Source of the DNA: a virus | Reading direction: 5' to 3' (one strand) | DNA length: 64,000 nt | Virus record (IMG/VR): IMGVR_UViG_3300009788_000087 | In this document: positions 30,515 through 41,173 of the stretch, piece by piece | Numbering within the stretch: the stretch's first letter is position 1 | Layout: each line of letters starts with the position of its first letter | Position numbers and translations under genes: made by a program | The notes under the pieces: generated by a model | Databases searched by the model: none | Seen by the model: the letters and a program-made list of their open reading frames with translations, nothing else | What the model was told of the DNA's origin: nothing

Positions 30515-32042
30515 TCACAGGTAATAGATTAGGCATTTTGGAAACTCGTTTGTTTTGAGATACTCTAAGGATACTTGAAGGTAATGAACCTTGACCCATT
30601 GAATGATCAAAACATATTGATTCAGTAGATTGATTAAATGGAATTTCAAGTTTATTCCTAACGTAACGTTCAAGGTCATCTCTTGCAGTTACAAGGTCAT
30701 TTGAAAATATATAATCTGTATATACATATGCTTGGTAGCCGCCGTCTAGATTAGGATCGCCTTTGTAGTAGTCAGCGGTCTCGTTGTAGTTCAGTTCGAT
30801 AGCATGAAGTCTATCGCCTGTCTTCTCATATGTATAAGTCCATATTCCAGGTTTTGTCTCTACTGCTTCATCATAGTAAGGGCAGCCAGGATATGTCGTG
30901 ATAATCGTACAGTCAAAGTCATCTGGTTCCATGTCTAGAAGCCACTGTTTTGTCTCTTCAATTGTCTCATATGATTCGCCTGGATGACCAATTGACATGA
31001 GAGCCTTGACTTTCAATCCATACTTCTTTGCTATCTCAACAGCACGAGTATTATCATCACGAGTTGCTCTTTTATTGATGTTTTCAAGTATTTGTGGGGA
31101 ACCAGATTCAAAACCAGTGAGTAATTGTCTAAATCCAGCTCTGTACATTGACTTAGCTTGTTCTTCAGTAAGAAGCTCTGCTTTAGCAAATCCCCTTAAT
31201 CTAAATTCGATGCCAAGACGATCCTGAAGATTGGAGATCTCATTCATTAGCTCCACCATCTTCTTATTTACGTTTAGCTCATCATCATAGAACATGAATC
31301 CCGTATAGCCATATTGCTCATGAAGAAATGTCATCTCATCAATAATACTCTGAATCGAGCGCATTCGAATTCGTCTAAGCATTGGAGATTCTCTACCTCC
31401 ACAAAACCCACACTGAAATGGGCAACCAAGTTGAGCGATTAGGCTCGTTGCGCTAAATCCTTCGATCATATATTTGTATGTGTCTAAATCTATTAGATGT
31501 CTAGCTGGTGGCGGCAGCTCACCTAATCTCTTATTCGTAAGAAAGAGAGGGCTTTTTGGATCATCCCCGTCAACCAACCCTTTGCTTTTACCACATAGAT
31601 CCAAAGCTTCAAAAATCGCATCTTCACCATCTCCTGCAACAATTATGTCAAACATCCACGTTAAGTCACTGAATGCTCGATGTGCTCGTCCATTCGTACG
31701 TGACTTTTCTTCCTTCTTTCTTGCAGCATTTATCAACGTCGGATGGGGACCTCCAATAATGACAGCAGCGTCCGGCCTTTCCACCCTTAGAGTATCTACA
31801 AGCTTCGCAGTCGCAGGCATCTGTGGGGTAGTCGACGTAAATCCCCATATAGTAGCTTTTGAATCCTTTGCATGTATAGTCAGAACTTCCAGATAGTTTT
31901 CTATCCCACTCAAGTCCAATACTTCCACTGGCCATCCACGTTCCTCCAATGATGCTGCAACTTTGAGAATGCCAAGTGATGGAAACACTCTTTCGTCAAG
32001 AAGAAAGAGAGAAGGAGGTATGACTAAACAGATAGTTTCCAT
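30507..32042 (-). CDS. B12-binding-domain radical SAM enzyme (class B methyltransferase-like)
   Basis: PSLGILKVAA, IIGGPHPT, GCPFQCGFC (CX3CX2C), GFESGS. Confidence 0.9.
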   Translation of the reverse strand: METICLVIPPSLFLLDERVFPSLGILKVAASLEERGWPVEVLDLSGIENYLEVLTIHAKDSKATIWGFTSTTPQMPATAKLVDTLRVERPDAAVIIGGPHPTLINAARKKEEKSRTNGRAHRAFSDLTWMFDIIVAGDGEDAIFEALDLCGKSKGLVDGDDPKSPLFLTNKRLGELPPPARHLIDLDTYKYMIEGFSATSLIAQLGCPFQCGFCGGRESPMLRRIRMRSIQSIIDEMTFLHEQYGYTGFMFYDDELNVNKKMVELMNEISNLQDRLGIEFRLRGFAKAELLTEEQAKSMYRAGFRQLLTGFESGSPQILENINKRATRDDNTRAVEIAKKYGLKVKALMSIGHPGESYETIEETKQWLLDMEPDDFDCTIITTYPGCPYYDEAVETKPGIWTYTYEKTGDRLHAIELNYNETADYYKGDPNLDGGYQAYVYTDYIFSNDLVTARDDLERYVRNKLEIPFNQSTESICFDHSMGQGSLPSSILRVSQNKRVSKMPNLLPVIE

Positions 32043-32695
32043 TAAAAAAGATTCTTGAGTCGATCCAGATAGTTTCTAAGATTATCAAGCCCTATGTTGT
32101 GTTCCCATGTCCAATGTAGAGCAAGATGTATGTCTTTCTTCGATGCATTCTCAAGCAGATATTCAACAGAACCTCGTTCCATCAGCTCATCAGATCTACC
32201 ATATTCTAATGGCGGCTCAGAATGAATGTAGTTCATCCCTTGTATTGTGATATAGCGCTTGATCTCATCATCTGTCTCAGGACCACCGTATATATTTTCG
32301 AACCCTAGACGAGACAATGCAAGAACTGTGTCTGCATTGACTGTGTTATGTGGTGGAATATAGTCTACCACTCTTGCGCCTGTAGAGCTCTCAAAGACAT
32401 CTTTCATGCGGTGTAAGGAGTTCTCTATATCTTGATATGTGTGGTCTCTGAATTCGTCTGGGTGGCTCTCGTTATGGACCACACCGTGCATGGCGATGGT
32501 GATATGGTCCTGCTCTGCAAGCCATTGTAGATCTCTGGGAGTTGTATATCCTGGGATTACACCCAAGACATATGAAATGTCACGATTCCAGAAGATGTCA
32601 TTAAAACGCTTGAAGTTCTCAAGATTGTGCTTAAAGAACTCTTCTGGTTTCGTTCCAGGAAAATCATCAACTCTGACTCGAAGACTCATATCCAA
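32042..32695 (-). CDS. polysaccharide deacetylase-like protein
   Basis: LRVDD, AMHGVVH, YIPPHN. Confidence 0.75.
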   Translation of the reverse strand: MDMSLRVRVDDFPGTKPEEFFKHNLENFKRFNDIFWNRDISYVLGVIPGYTTPRDLQWLAEQDHITIAMHGVVHNESHPDEFRDHTYQDIENSLHRMKDVFESSTGARVVDYIPPHNTVNADTVLALSRLGFENIYGGPETDDEIKRYITIQGMNYIHSEPPLEYGRSDELMERGSVEYLLENASKKDIHLALHWTWEHNIGLDNLRNYLDRLKNLF

Positions 32696-33719
32696 ACTCC
32701 CTATTCAAATAGGCTCTCCAGTGTGCATGGAAATTATACACTTGATAGGTTTTTGCAACATAACGTGGAGAATTAGAATGTGGAAAATCTTTTAAACCTT
32801 CCAATGCTAACTTTACATACTCCAATGTCATCTCTTTACTTCTACAGATTCTTGGCATTATATAACCAACGTCATATCTTGCTGGCCAAAAGGGATGATC
32901 ATGATCTCGTTTACTTAGCTCATAGAATAATCCAACATTATATGTCACCACTGGGACATCACATGCCAACGTTTCTAATGCAAAATATGAATTTCCTTCA
33001 TATGCTGACGGGATGACGACGAGATCTGCCATTGCTAAAACTTTATGCTTATCTTCTTGATCAAGATGACCGGATGCTTCATCAAGAGATAAAATGACAG
33101 CATCTAAATTCTCTTTAAGATATTCAATATGTTCCCATCCTTTGTTTTTATTCCCACGATCATTTATACCATGTATAATGAATGGTTTTCCTAAATAGTG
33201 TGGTTCATCTGATGGAGTATATTTCTCAAGATCAATAGCATTATTGATTACTTCAGACTCGAATCCCCACTGGATCTGCATCTGGTGCTGGATGAACTGA
33301 GATACAGCGACGAGCTTTCCGCCTCGTTTTAAATGTCCCTTCCTGTATCCCACTTGCATCGCGTGATTAAGAGGGAAGTCAGGTTTCTTGCCAGCGTCGG
33401 CCTCTTCTTTTATGAGATGCGACCAGATACCATGGCACACTGAGATAACATTTGGGAAATCCTCGAGGCCCTGGCCCCAGAATCCATCTACGATGAAGAT
33501 GTCATCTTTGTCTACTTTACCAAACTTCCTAAGCCAGGCATTCAAGACAGCCGCTCGATCCCACTCAGCCATCGGCTCATTGAATTTGCTAAGTGGGCAG
33601 TCCTGCCAGCAATAGTGTTTTGTCTCAGGAAAACAACTAGCAAAATCTCGACACCATCGTGGAACACCACCAGGAGAATCTAATGAAGTAAATGAAATTG
33701 TAACTAATCTACCAGTCAT
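32667..33719 (-). CDS. glycosyltransferase GT4
   Basis: GGVPRW, VINNAIDL, PSAYEGNSYFALETLACDVPVV. Confidence 0.85.
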   Translation of the reverse strand: MTGRLVTISFTSLDSPGGVPRWCRDFASCFPETKHYCWQDCPLSKFNEPMAEWDRAAVLNAWLRKFGKVDKDDIFIVDGFWGQGLEDFPNVISVCHGIWSHLIKEEADAGKKPDFPLNHAMQVGYRKGHLKRGGKLVAVSQFIQHQMQIQWGFESEVINNAIDLEKYTPSDEPHYLGKPFIIHGINDRGNKNKGWEHIEYLKENLDAVILSLDEASGHLDQEDKHKVLAMADLVVIPSAYEGNSYFALETLACDVPVVTYNVGLFYELSKRDHDHPFWPARYDVGYIMPRICRSKEMTLEYVKLALEGLKDFPHSNSPRYVAKTYQVYNFHAHWRAYLNREFGYESSSQS

Positions 33720-34509
33720 TAATGTCCTTAATCACAGCTTTGCTTTTGGTTATGTCGTTCCATCGGATGGCACGCTTATCTTCATTAGACTCTGGCATTT
33801 CACGATCTAACCACGTTGATTGATCGTATCCCATATGTTTTACGAGACCAGGTAGAACTAAACACGTTTTTCCTGACTTGCACACGGAATTCTCATGGTT
33901 TCGTATAAAATGCCAGTCGACACCCGATCCCATCCCGTCGTTCGGTTTAGCGCGCTTTCTACCTGTCTCAGGATCAAATGCAGGAATTGGAAACATACTC
34001 ATCCAATAATCACGTCGACCAAATACTTGTGCTGCACGAATCCAATCTTTCGTGATGAGTTTTGTTCCTTGAAATTCTCCCACTACCTCTTTCATCTCAT
34101 GTTCTATACATTCTACACCAGATGCAAAACCGAGATTCTTTTGTCGCTCGAACAATAAGAAGAACTTTGCTAGCGTCTCGAGCCAACCGGGAGAGTATAG
34201 CAGATCGTCCTGACAGTAGCAAACAAATTCGGTCACTTCGTTACAATCAGCAGGATCAGGTGAAGATTCGTAATATTTATTCAACGCATCAATGTGAGCA
34301 AGAGCCTGATTTATCGACGGACCAAGACCAAGATTATCTGCGTGCCACAATATATGATCACAGTCTTTAACAAAGTCTGGTATATCATATCCATCACAAA
34401 TAACCGTTAAACGATATAACGATGGATCTGTGTTTTCCATAAAAGATGAGTAAGATCTTTCAAAAAGATCATCTCTATTTTTATAAGTTATGAATATGTC
34501 AGTCAGCAA
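33709..34509 (-). CDS. glycosyltransferase GT2-like
   Basis: IFITYKNR, QDD (DxD) motif, HMGYD. Confidence 0.7.
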   Translation of the reverse strand: MLTDIFITYKNRDDLFERSYSSFMENTDPSLYRLTVICDGYDIPDFVKDCDHILWHADNLGLGPSINQALAHIDALNKYYESSPDPADCNEVTEFVCYCQDDLLYSPGWLETLAKFFLLFERQKNLGFASGVECIEHEMKEVVGEFQGTKLITKDWIRAAQVFGRRDYWMSMFPIPAFDPETGRKRAKPNDGMGSGVDWHFIRNHENSVCKSGKTCLVLPGLVKHMGYDQSTWLDREMPESNEDKRAIRWNDITKSKAVIKDINDW

Positions 34510-37500
34510 GCCAATCTCCCATCACGGTCGGATTTGTACGATCCAACCTGAACGTTTTAGCAACGTCGTGTTCCCCACCCTGAGTTTTAAGAGCTTCAGC
34601 AACTCTCTGTATGTTTTCTTTATCATTCTCATCCTTTACATCAGGAAATCTATCTTCTGGCTCCTGCTCGCGGTAGAGATTAGACCACATAGCATCCCAT
34701 GTTTGTTTAAAGTTCTTAATCTTTCTTGGAATATTCGCCCATGAATAATGATAGACACACGGCAATTCACTGAATGCTTTGTTCATTAGTTCACCGTATC
34801 TAGCAGGATCCTGTTGTCTTACTTGATCGATCTCGTTCGTATAAAATCCCTTGTGGGGAATATATTCATTCGTCATGATGTCGATATATTCGCAACCGTC
34901 AGATTGGCCACGCTTCGCATAGACCTTACCAGTCTTCTCATCAATCAATCTTGCGTGTTTAGTGATACCATGAGTAATCCTAAAGTCATTTCTTGAGAAT
35001 CGCCATTTCCATGAGTGGCGGTCTGTTCGAACACAATCTGGCTCACCCCATAGTTCAATAACTGGAAGATGAAGTAAGTTTACATCTTTCGGGAATCTCT
35101 TTGAAAGCTTTCTAATCTTATCGTAATCTTCCTCATGGACAACTTCATCTACATCTTGCTGCCAGAGGAAATCTCCAGTGCACATAGCACGACCATATGC
35201 TTTCTGCATGCCGTCCATGCCTGGCTCATCCCAATCCCACTTACGCTCAATGACTTTAATCCGTTTGTCTCCGATGGCATTTATTTTCTCTACTGTCCCA
35301 TCGTCTGAACCACCATCAACGACGATTACCTCATCACAGAATCCAAGCATCGACTTGATTGACTCTACGAATGGATACTCTCCGCCTTCTGCATTATAGA
35401 CATGTGTGTATCCTGAGATCTTTGGATTATATTCTTCATAGTTTTTAAGAAAATTCTTTTGATCTCTATCTGGATAGAGAAGTCTTAACGTTGAGCGAAA
35501 AACATTTTCTGGCATTATCTCGTTGATACAAGGATAGTCTTTGTCAACTTCACACTGATATTTATAGCATGCTTTGTCACATGTATAGCGACTTGATGTC
35601 TCTAGAAGAACACTTTTACACGATTTTTTTCCAAACTCTACAAATCCATTGTCTGATACGTCAATTAATGAAACTACTGGACCTGTTGATGTTGGATATG
35701 AACTACCGAAGAGCGCTACGTGATCGACACTGAGACCTGCCGCCATGTGCATCGTGACGCTATCGATGCCGAGAACGAGTTTTGACTTGCTAATCACATG
35801 TGCGAGTTGATTAAAGTTCTCTGTTTTCCCTCTAAAATCAGTGCAGCCTGCATACAATGGATCGTCTTTCAGTCCTACTTGAACAATCTGTGTTTCATCA
35901 CCTAGCTCTCTAATAAGATTATTGATGATCTCCTGCCAGTGCAGATAGTTCCGTGCTTCCCACTGTCCCTCACCGGAACCAGGATTGAAGACAATATAGT
36001 TTTCTGGAGTAGAAATCTCCTCTGTCTTAATGAAATAATCACCGAGCTCTACATTACACTGATTTGCAATTTCATTTGCAAGCAGACGACCTTTTCCACC
36101 ATGTACCCAGTTTGAGAATGTCATCTGGACAGCAAGGTTCGGCGTATAAACCTCATCAAATACTTGCTCAAGCAATGGAACATTATTCATCCAGTCCTGA
36201 TGCTGCAAGACTTTGTGTATATCAGTGTTATCTTTCAGAATTGATGTATACTCTTGGCTTGTCGCAAAGAAAATCTTATGCTCTGGGAATTTCTTCTTCA
36301 GCGAATTAACAACTGCAGTTGAAATGTATACATCACCGGCAGATATTGGCATTGTATAAAGAAGTTTCAAGCCAGAATCTTCTTTATCGAAACTCGACTT
36401 AAGTGTGCTAATGACTTCGTTTACAGATGTTGGATTCACTTGGCGATGCATATGTGAAACGCGTGTGATGTCATTAACGAGCTGAGACATCACTTTACCT
36501 TCAGTGAAGTTCTCATGTACATGCTTTGCGAGACTTTCTGCCCACTCTTTTGGTTTGTCATAGCTATCAACTACTTTTCGTAGCTTAAACTTGACATCTT
36601 CTTCCTTAACTGATGCCCATTGCGTTCCCTTTTCAATTACACCCTTCCATACTGCAGAATCTGGAACAGGTGTCAGATCGAAGTCAAGTTTTACGAATGA
36701 CGTCTTTACATCAGGAATATTAAGAAAATCAAGATGTCCTGACCAATTTGTAGCAATTACTGGTAGACCACAAGCTGCAGCTTCAAGTAGTGGCAGTCCG
36801 TACCCTTCGCCGTGTGTCAGACTAACGAAAGCTTTAACTTTCGGGTTCTTGTAGAGTAGTGCCATCTCTTCATCTGAGAGACGACCGTGTATCAATTCGA
36901 TACGCGGATATTTCCCACAATCAGTTGATTTCTTAATCTGTTCAATTAGATATTTTGTATTTCTAAAATCTGCAAGCGAATTATTAACAATCGCTGTTTT
37001 CATTACAAGACCGACATCTTTACGGTCTTTGAATGCTTCACAAAACCACTTAATGAGATTTGACGTATTCTTTCTTTCTTCGTCAAATTTCCCACTTATA
37101 CCGAGCCCAACGAAAAGAAAATTGAAATCACATTCGAAATCGTTGAACGACTCATTGACTTCATCTGTATTAAAATACTTGGGATTGAATCCCTCGTGTG
37201 CAAGAAATGCCGGCTTATTCAAGCTAAGCGTATTTCCTGCTTGATCTTGAAATCCCGTCTGTTCAAAGACCTGCTTCGAATGCATTGATGGAACGAATAA
37301 GGCATCCACCATCTCATTTGCTTTAACGATCCATTCAGGAGAACATGCGTTCACTTCGATACCTGCAGTGATACCGATATTGCACTTAGCTAGCTTTTCA
37401 AATTCATTCGGAATCGTAACCTGAACTGACAGATCATATTCAACTCCGCCTTTTTCGTGCTCACTGCCAAATTTTGAAGCAAGCTCATAGATTTTATCGA

Positions 37501-37663
37501 AGAAGAGAGAACCGTCATGGATCATCGACGTATTACCCCAACTTATAGCTTTTACGCTGATATCATAGACACCACTGGCAACCAGCGCTTTTAGAATCTG
37601 CCTAGCATGGACACCATATCCGGATGCTGTTGTAACTGGTCCTTTAAAGAGGAGTTTCTTCAT
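34499..37663 (-). CDS. three-domain glycosyltransferase (GT4 + GT9 + GT2)
   Basis: SGYGVHAR...HGEGYGLPLLEAAACG; SAGDVY...GIDSVTMHMAAG; EVIVVDGGSDDGT...QQDVDE. Confidence 0.85.
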   Translation of the reverse strand: MKKLLFKGPVTTASGYGVHARQILKALVASGVYDISVKAISWGNTSMIHDGSLFFDKIYELASKFGSEHEKGGVEYDLSVQVTIPNEFEKLAKCNIGITAGIEVNACSPEWIVKANEMVDALFVPSMHSKQVFEQTGFQDQAGNTLSLNKPAFLAHEGFNPKYFNTDEVNESFNDFECDFNFLFVGLGISGKFDEERKNTSNLIKWFCEAFKDRKDVGLVMKTAIVNNSLADFRNTKYLIEQIKKSTDCGKYPRIELIHGRLSDEEMALLYKNPKVKAFVSLTHGEGYGLPLLEAAACGLPVIATNWSGHLDFLNIPDVKTSFVKLDFDLTPVPDSAVWKGVIEKGTQWASVKEEDVKFKLRKVVDSYDKPKEWAESLAKHVHENFTEGKVMSQLVNDITRVSHMHRQVNPTSVNEVISTLKSSFDKEDSGLKLLYTMPISAGDVYISTAVVNSLKKKFPEHKIFFATSQEYTSILKDNTDIHKVLQHQDWMNNVPLLEQVFDEVYTPNLAVQMTFSNWVHGGKGRLLANEIANQCNVELGDYFIKTEEISTPENYIVFNPGSGEGQWEARNYLHWQEIINNLIRELGDETQIVQVGLKDDPLYAGCTDFRGKTENFNQLAHVISKSKLVLGIDSVTMHMAAGLSVDHVALFGSSYPTSTGPVVSLIDVSDNGFVEFGKKSCKSVLLETSSRYTCDKACYKYQCEVDKDYPCINEIMPENVFRSTLRLLYPDRDQKNFLKNYEEYNPKISGYTHVYNAEGGEYPFVESIKSMLGFCDEVIVVDGGSDDGTVEKINAIGDKRIKVIERKWDWDEPGMDGMQKAYGRAMCTGDFLWQQDVDEVVHEEDYDKIRKLSKRFPKDVNLLHLPVIELWGEPDCVRTDRHSWKWRFSRNDFRITHGITKHARLIDEKTGKVYAKRGQSDGCEYIDIMTNEYIPHKGFYTNEIDQVRQQDPARYGELMNKAFSELPCVYHYSWANIPRKIKNFKQTWDAMWSNLYREQEPEDRFPDVKDENDKENIQRVAEALKTQGGEHDVAKTFRLDRTNPTVMGDWLAD

Positions 37664-37666
37664 TTC

Positions 37667-38671
37667 TCATACTCCAACGATTATCGCTGTCCTTTTTTGA
37701 AATTCGTGTGTGATAGCAAGACCTTCTTCAAGAGAAATAGTTGGTTGCCATCCAAGAAGGTTTTTTGCTTTCTCTACTGCCGCTAATGTTATTTGAGCCT
37801 CACCTAGTCGTGGAGGCAGATATTTTAAATCTACGTCACCGACAGTATCACCATGTTTTACTCTAGCACACAAGTAAGCAACTTCATTAATGCTATGGTT
37901 TACACCCGTGCCGATGTTGATCACACCAGTAACATCTCTGTTCATCCCTGCAAGGATATTTGCCTCTACGACATCTGTTACAAACGTAAAATCTCTACGT
38001 TGTTCGCCATTACCAACAACTGTTAATGGTTTCCCATGTCGAAGTTGTCTCATGAAGATAGCAATAACAGTAGCGTAATCACCTTCTTCTTGGTGTTTTG
38101 GACCATACACGTTGAAATACCTGAGTGACACAGTGGAGAGACCATATAGATCATTGTAGAGCTTCATAAGCTCCTCGCCGACCTTCTTACTAAGAGAGTA
38201 AGGATTCAGACAATCTGTCTCATATTCTTCCATTAACGGTGGTTCGTTAATCTTTCCATATGCAGAAGAGCTAGCAGAGTATACAACTCTTTTTACGCCA
38301 GCATCTCTACATGCCTCAAGCACATTTGCAGTACCAGTAATATTCTGTTCAAATGCAAGAAGTGGATCAGTGATAGAAGGTTGAATTCGACTCATCGCAG
38401 CTAAATGAAACACCCAATCTTTGTGGTCTACAACACGTCTCACAATATTGTAATCACGTATATCACCATTCACAATTTCAAGATTTGGATGTTTGACTAG
38501 ATTCTCACGTTTACCCTCTGAGAAATTATCAAGTACTGTAACCTCAAAGCCCTGAGCTAAAAGCTTATCAACGAGATTTGATCCAATAAAACCTGCTCCA
38601 CCTAAAACTGCAACTGCCATTTTGTCACACTGCTTTCTTTTAATATCTTTCCATCTATGCACGCCACTCAT
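37667..38671 (-). CDS. NAD-dependent epimerase (UDP-glucose 4-epimerase-like)
   Basis: GGAGFIGS, SASSSAYG, YSLSK, RYFNVYGP, RDFTFV. Confidence 0.9.
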   Translation of the reverse strand: MSGVHRWKDIKRKQCDKMAVAVLGGAGFIGSNLVDKLLAQGFEVTVLDNFSEGKRENLVKHPNLEIVNGDIRDYNIVRRVVDHKDWVFHLAAMSRIQPSITDPLLAFEQNITGTANVLEACRDAGVKRVVYSASSSAYGKINEPPLMEEYETDCLNPYSLSKKVGEELMKLYNDLYGLSTVSLRYFNVYGPKHQEEGDYATVIAIFMRQLRHGKPLTVVGNGEQRRDFTFVTDVVEANILAGMNRDVTGVINIGTGVNHSINEVAYLCARVKHGDTVGDVDLKYLPPRLGEAQITLAAVEKAKNLLGWQPTISLEEGLAITHEFQKRTAIIVGV

Positions 38672-39996
38672 ATCACCGCTCTTCGCATACTGACGGGCTC
38701 AAAATCATCAAAGGCCATCTCAATTAGCGTATCCCATTTGTCAGTCATCTGCTGTAAGCCAAATGTTTGCAAAGCCCACTCTCGTGCTTCTGCGCCAATC
38801 TCACGTCGGCGAGCATCTCCCATTTCATAAAGCTTCATTAGTGCCTTTACGATATCATCGTGGCAAGCACGATCGTCATAAATGTATGGGATTACCTGTG
38901 AACCTGTGCAACTTCTTGATGCTGTAAAAACAGGAACTCCCCACCATCGTGCAGTTTTACTAACCCATGCTTTCTTAGCACCAGCAGTTAGTTTATCTTG
39001 GTCACTGAAGTCTTTGATCTTATCGTACCAATCACCCATCTGGTACTGAAGACCACCTGTCATGTGAACAATCATTGGTGTACCTGTGTAGAGAGACTCA
39101 AGCGCCGATAAACCAAATCCCTCATTTGACGCAATGTTAATCACGATATCTGCAGAGTTATAATACATGTTCATCGCTTCAGATTGGACACGTTTGTCTG
39201 AAATTATGAGACAATCTTCAACATCATATTTCCTGGCGACTGCCATGATGTTCTGTCCTTCTTCATCTGTTGGAGATGTATGCATTAGCAGTGACGTGTT
39301 ATCTCTCCCTATTTTCTTTGCAAATTTAGCAAAAGTTGCGATAACATCGCCTGTCTGTTTACGGCGAGCATTGCGGTTATTCCACATCACGATAAACTTC
39401 TTATCCTTGTGTGGTCCGTAAGTTTCTTGCTTAAATTTCTTTACGTCTTCTCTTGGAAGTGGTTTAAAGAGCTCTGCTGGTAGAGAGTGAGGTACATACC
39501 CAAACTTTCTCTCAGGATATTTTAAGTCCTGAAGGAGACCGTAAGTCTTTAGAGATATGCAACCGATCATGTCTGTTGAATCGTAGTAGATTTCATTGAA
39601 ATCAGGGGATGGGTCATTATCCCAAACATGCCAATACAACAGAGGACAAACTGATCTAATCTCGTCTTCCATCTCCCAAACCCACACAAAGAATCTAGGA
39701 TCTGTGACAAGTAAGACAGCATCTGGTTTTTCCTGACGAAGGAAGTTCCTGAGTAGATCTTTGTTTCCATGACCATCGACTGGATAGATTATCCAATTCT
39801 TGTCACCGAATTCTTCAGGGTTAACATGTTGAATTCGTTTATCTGGGTGTTGGATTGCTCCACCCATGCAGACAAATTTATACTTCCCAGTCTTTAACAA
39901 ACCCTCGATGAGGTACTTCGTCTGAATCCCCACTCCAGAAGGCACGAGAGGATGATCTGATAGCACTAGAATTTTTTTTCGATTTGTATCGGGCAT
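38668..39996 (-). CDS. glycosyltransferase GT4
   Basis: PSGVGIQT, NRNARRK, NEGFGLSALESL. Confidence 0.85.
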   Translation of the reverse strand: MPDTNRKKILVLSDHPLVPSGVGIQTKYLIEGLLKTGKYKFVCMGGAIQHPDKRIQHVNPEEFGDKNWIIYPVDGHGNKDLLRNFLRQEKPDAVLLVTDPRFFVWVWEMEDEIRSVCPLLYWHVWDNDPSPDFNEIYYDSTDMIGCISLKTYGLLQDLKYPERKFGYVPHSLPAELFKPLPREDVKKFKQETYGPHKDKKFIVMWNNRNARRKQTGDVIATFAKFAKKIGRDNTSLLMHTSPTDEEGQNIMAVARKYDVEDCLIISDKRVQSEAMNMYYNSADIVINIASNEGFGLSALESLYTGTPMIVHMTGGLQYQMGDWYDKIKDFSDQDKLTAGAKKAWVSKTARWWGVPVFTASRSCTGSQVIPYIYDDRACHDDIVKALMKLYEMGDARRREIGAEAREWALQTFGLQQMTDKWDTLIEMAFDDFEPVSMRRAVI

Positions 39997-40016
39997 CTTA
40001 CACTAGATAAGATTTC

Positions 40017-40853
40017 CTAATCATCTAGACACAAGTCTGTCTGGTAATAAGCACAACGATCACCGTATCTATTGATACAAACCTCACGATTCTTCTTGTA
40101 GTCATTCGACTGCATTCCAGTAATCGCGCTGTTGAGATTACTGACAGCTCTCATGACAGTCTTTGGTCCTGCACTGATTGAAAAGAACTCTGTAGTCTGC
40201 TCTGGATTCTTAGCAACACGCTTAAGCAAAGCGAATGCTGTCTTTACATTTCTTGGATCAAGATTGAATCTCTTCGAAAAGAAATGTTTATAAAGTCTAA
40301 TCTGAGATGCTAAATGCTCGTCTTGTCTCTTAGCACGAGGCCAACCCCAACTACAGGTTTTATAATCTATGATGTAAACGATTGACTTTCCTTTCTTATC
40401 TTTCGTCTTAATCACAAGATCGATAAAACCCTTGAATTTTATCTCAACGTCATCTGTTCTTGAGATCTTCTCCATCAAGGGGTACTCAACGAAGAGAACT
40501 TGTGCTTCTTCGATCTCACCACAATGATGGAGATTCTCAATTATTCTTCGACCAGCAACTACCCACTCATCAATTTCTTTGTCTGTTAGGGGCTTCTTGT
40601 CTTTGTCTCGTATTTCGATATATCTTGATCTAAACTTACTTTCAAAAAGATCGCAAGAATCTGACAGGTTTAGATTTTTTTCTACTTCAGGATGCTTGAA
40701 TTTCTCCAGTGCATCATGTACTGCTTTACCAAATTCAAGATTAACGCCGTATATCTGCGATCTACGCTCTTCACGATAATCGCGCATCCAGCGCCATTGA
40801 CATTCCTTCCATAGGCCCCACTCACTGAAACTAATGTGTGGACGAACTCCCAC
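40017..40853 (-). CDS. PD-(D/E)XK nuclease, Cas4/AddB-like
   Basis: HISFS...EC, FGKAVH, KGFIDLV, IIDYKT, QIRLY, C-terminal Cys cluster. Confidence 0.8.
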   Translation of the reverse strand: MGVRPHISFSEWGLWKECQWRWMRDYREERRSQIYGVNLEFGKAVHDALEKFKHPEVEKNLNLSDSCDLFESKFRSRYIEIRDKDKKPLTDKEIDEWVVAGRRIIENLHHCGEIEEAQVLFVEYPLMEKISRTDDVEIKFKGFIDLVIKTKDKKGKSIVYIIDYKTCSWGWPRAKRQDEHLASQIRLYKHFFSKRFNLDPRNVKTAFALLKRVAKNPEQTTEFFSISAGPKTVMRAVSNLNSAITGMQSNDYKKNREVCINRYGDRCAYYQTDLCLDD

Positions 40854-41173
40854 TACGCGCCACTTCGATCAATAGCAATTACTGTTGCGTCGTCAATGAC
40901 ATAGCGCTTTTTGATCTGTTCTATCATCTCTTTAGCTGCTGCAACTAGCTTAATCTTGTGTTTCTTACCATCAAGAACAACATAGTCACAACTAAGATCA
41001 ACTGAGTGGTGTTTTGCTTTCAATACTTGAACTTCAGCCTTAAGCGCTCTAACTTCAGCTTCAAGCACTTTTTCATAATCTGTCTTTCGTTCAACTTGAT
41101 GTGTTGTTTCATGTCCTGTTCTTCGCTCAGTTTGATTCTCTGTTTCTACTTTTGTTTTCGTCTTTTTTGCCAT
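40853..41173 (-). CDS. hypothetical protein
   Basis: ORF track; coupled to neighbours. Confidence 0.6.
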   Translation of the reverse strand: MAKKTKTKVETENQTERRTGHETTHQVERKTDYEKVLEAEVRALKAEVQVLKAKHHSVDLSCDYVVLDGKKHKIKLVAAAKEMIEQIKKRYVIDDATVIAIDRSGA

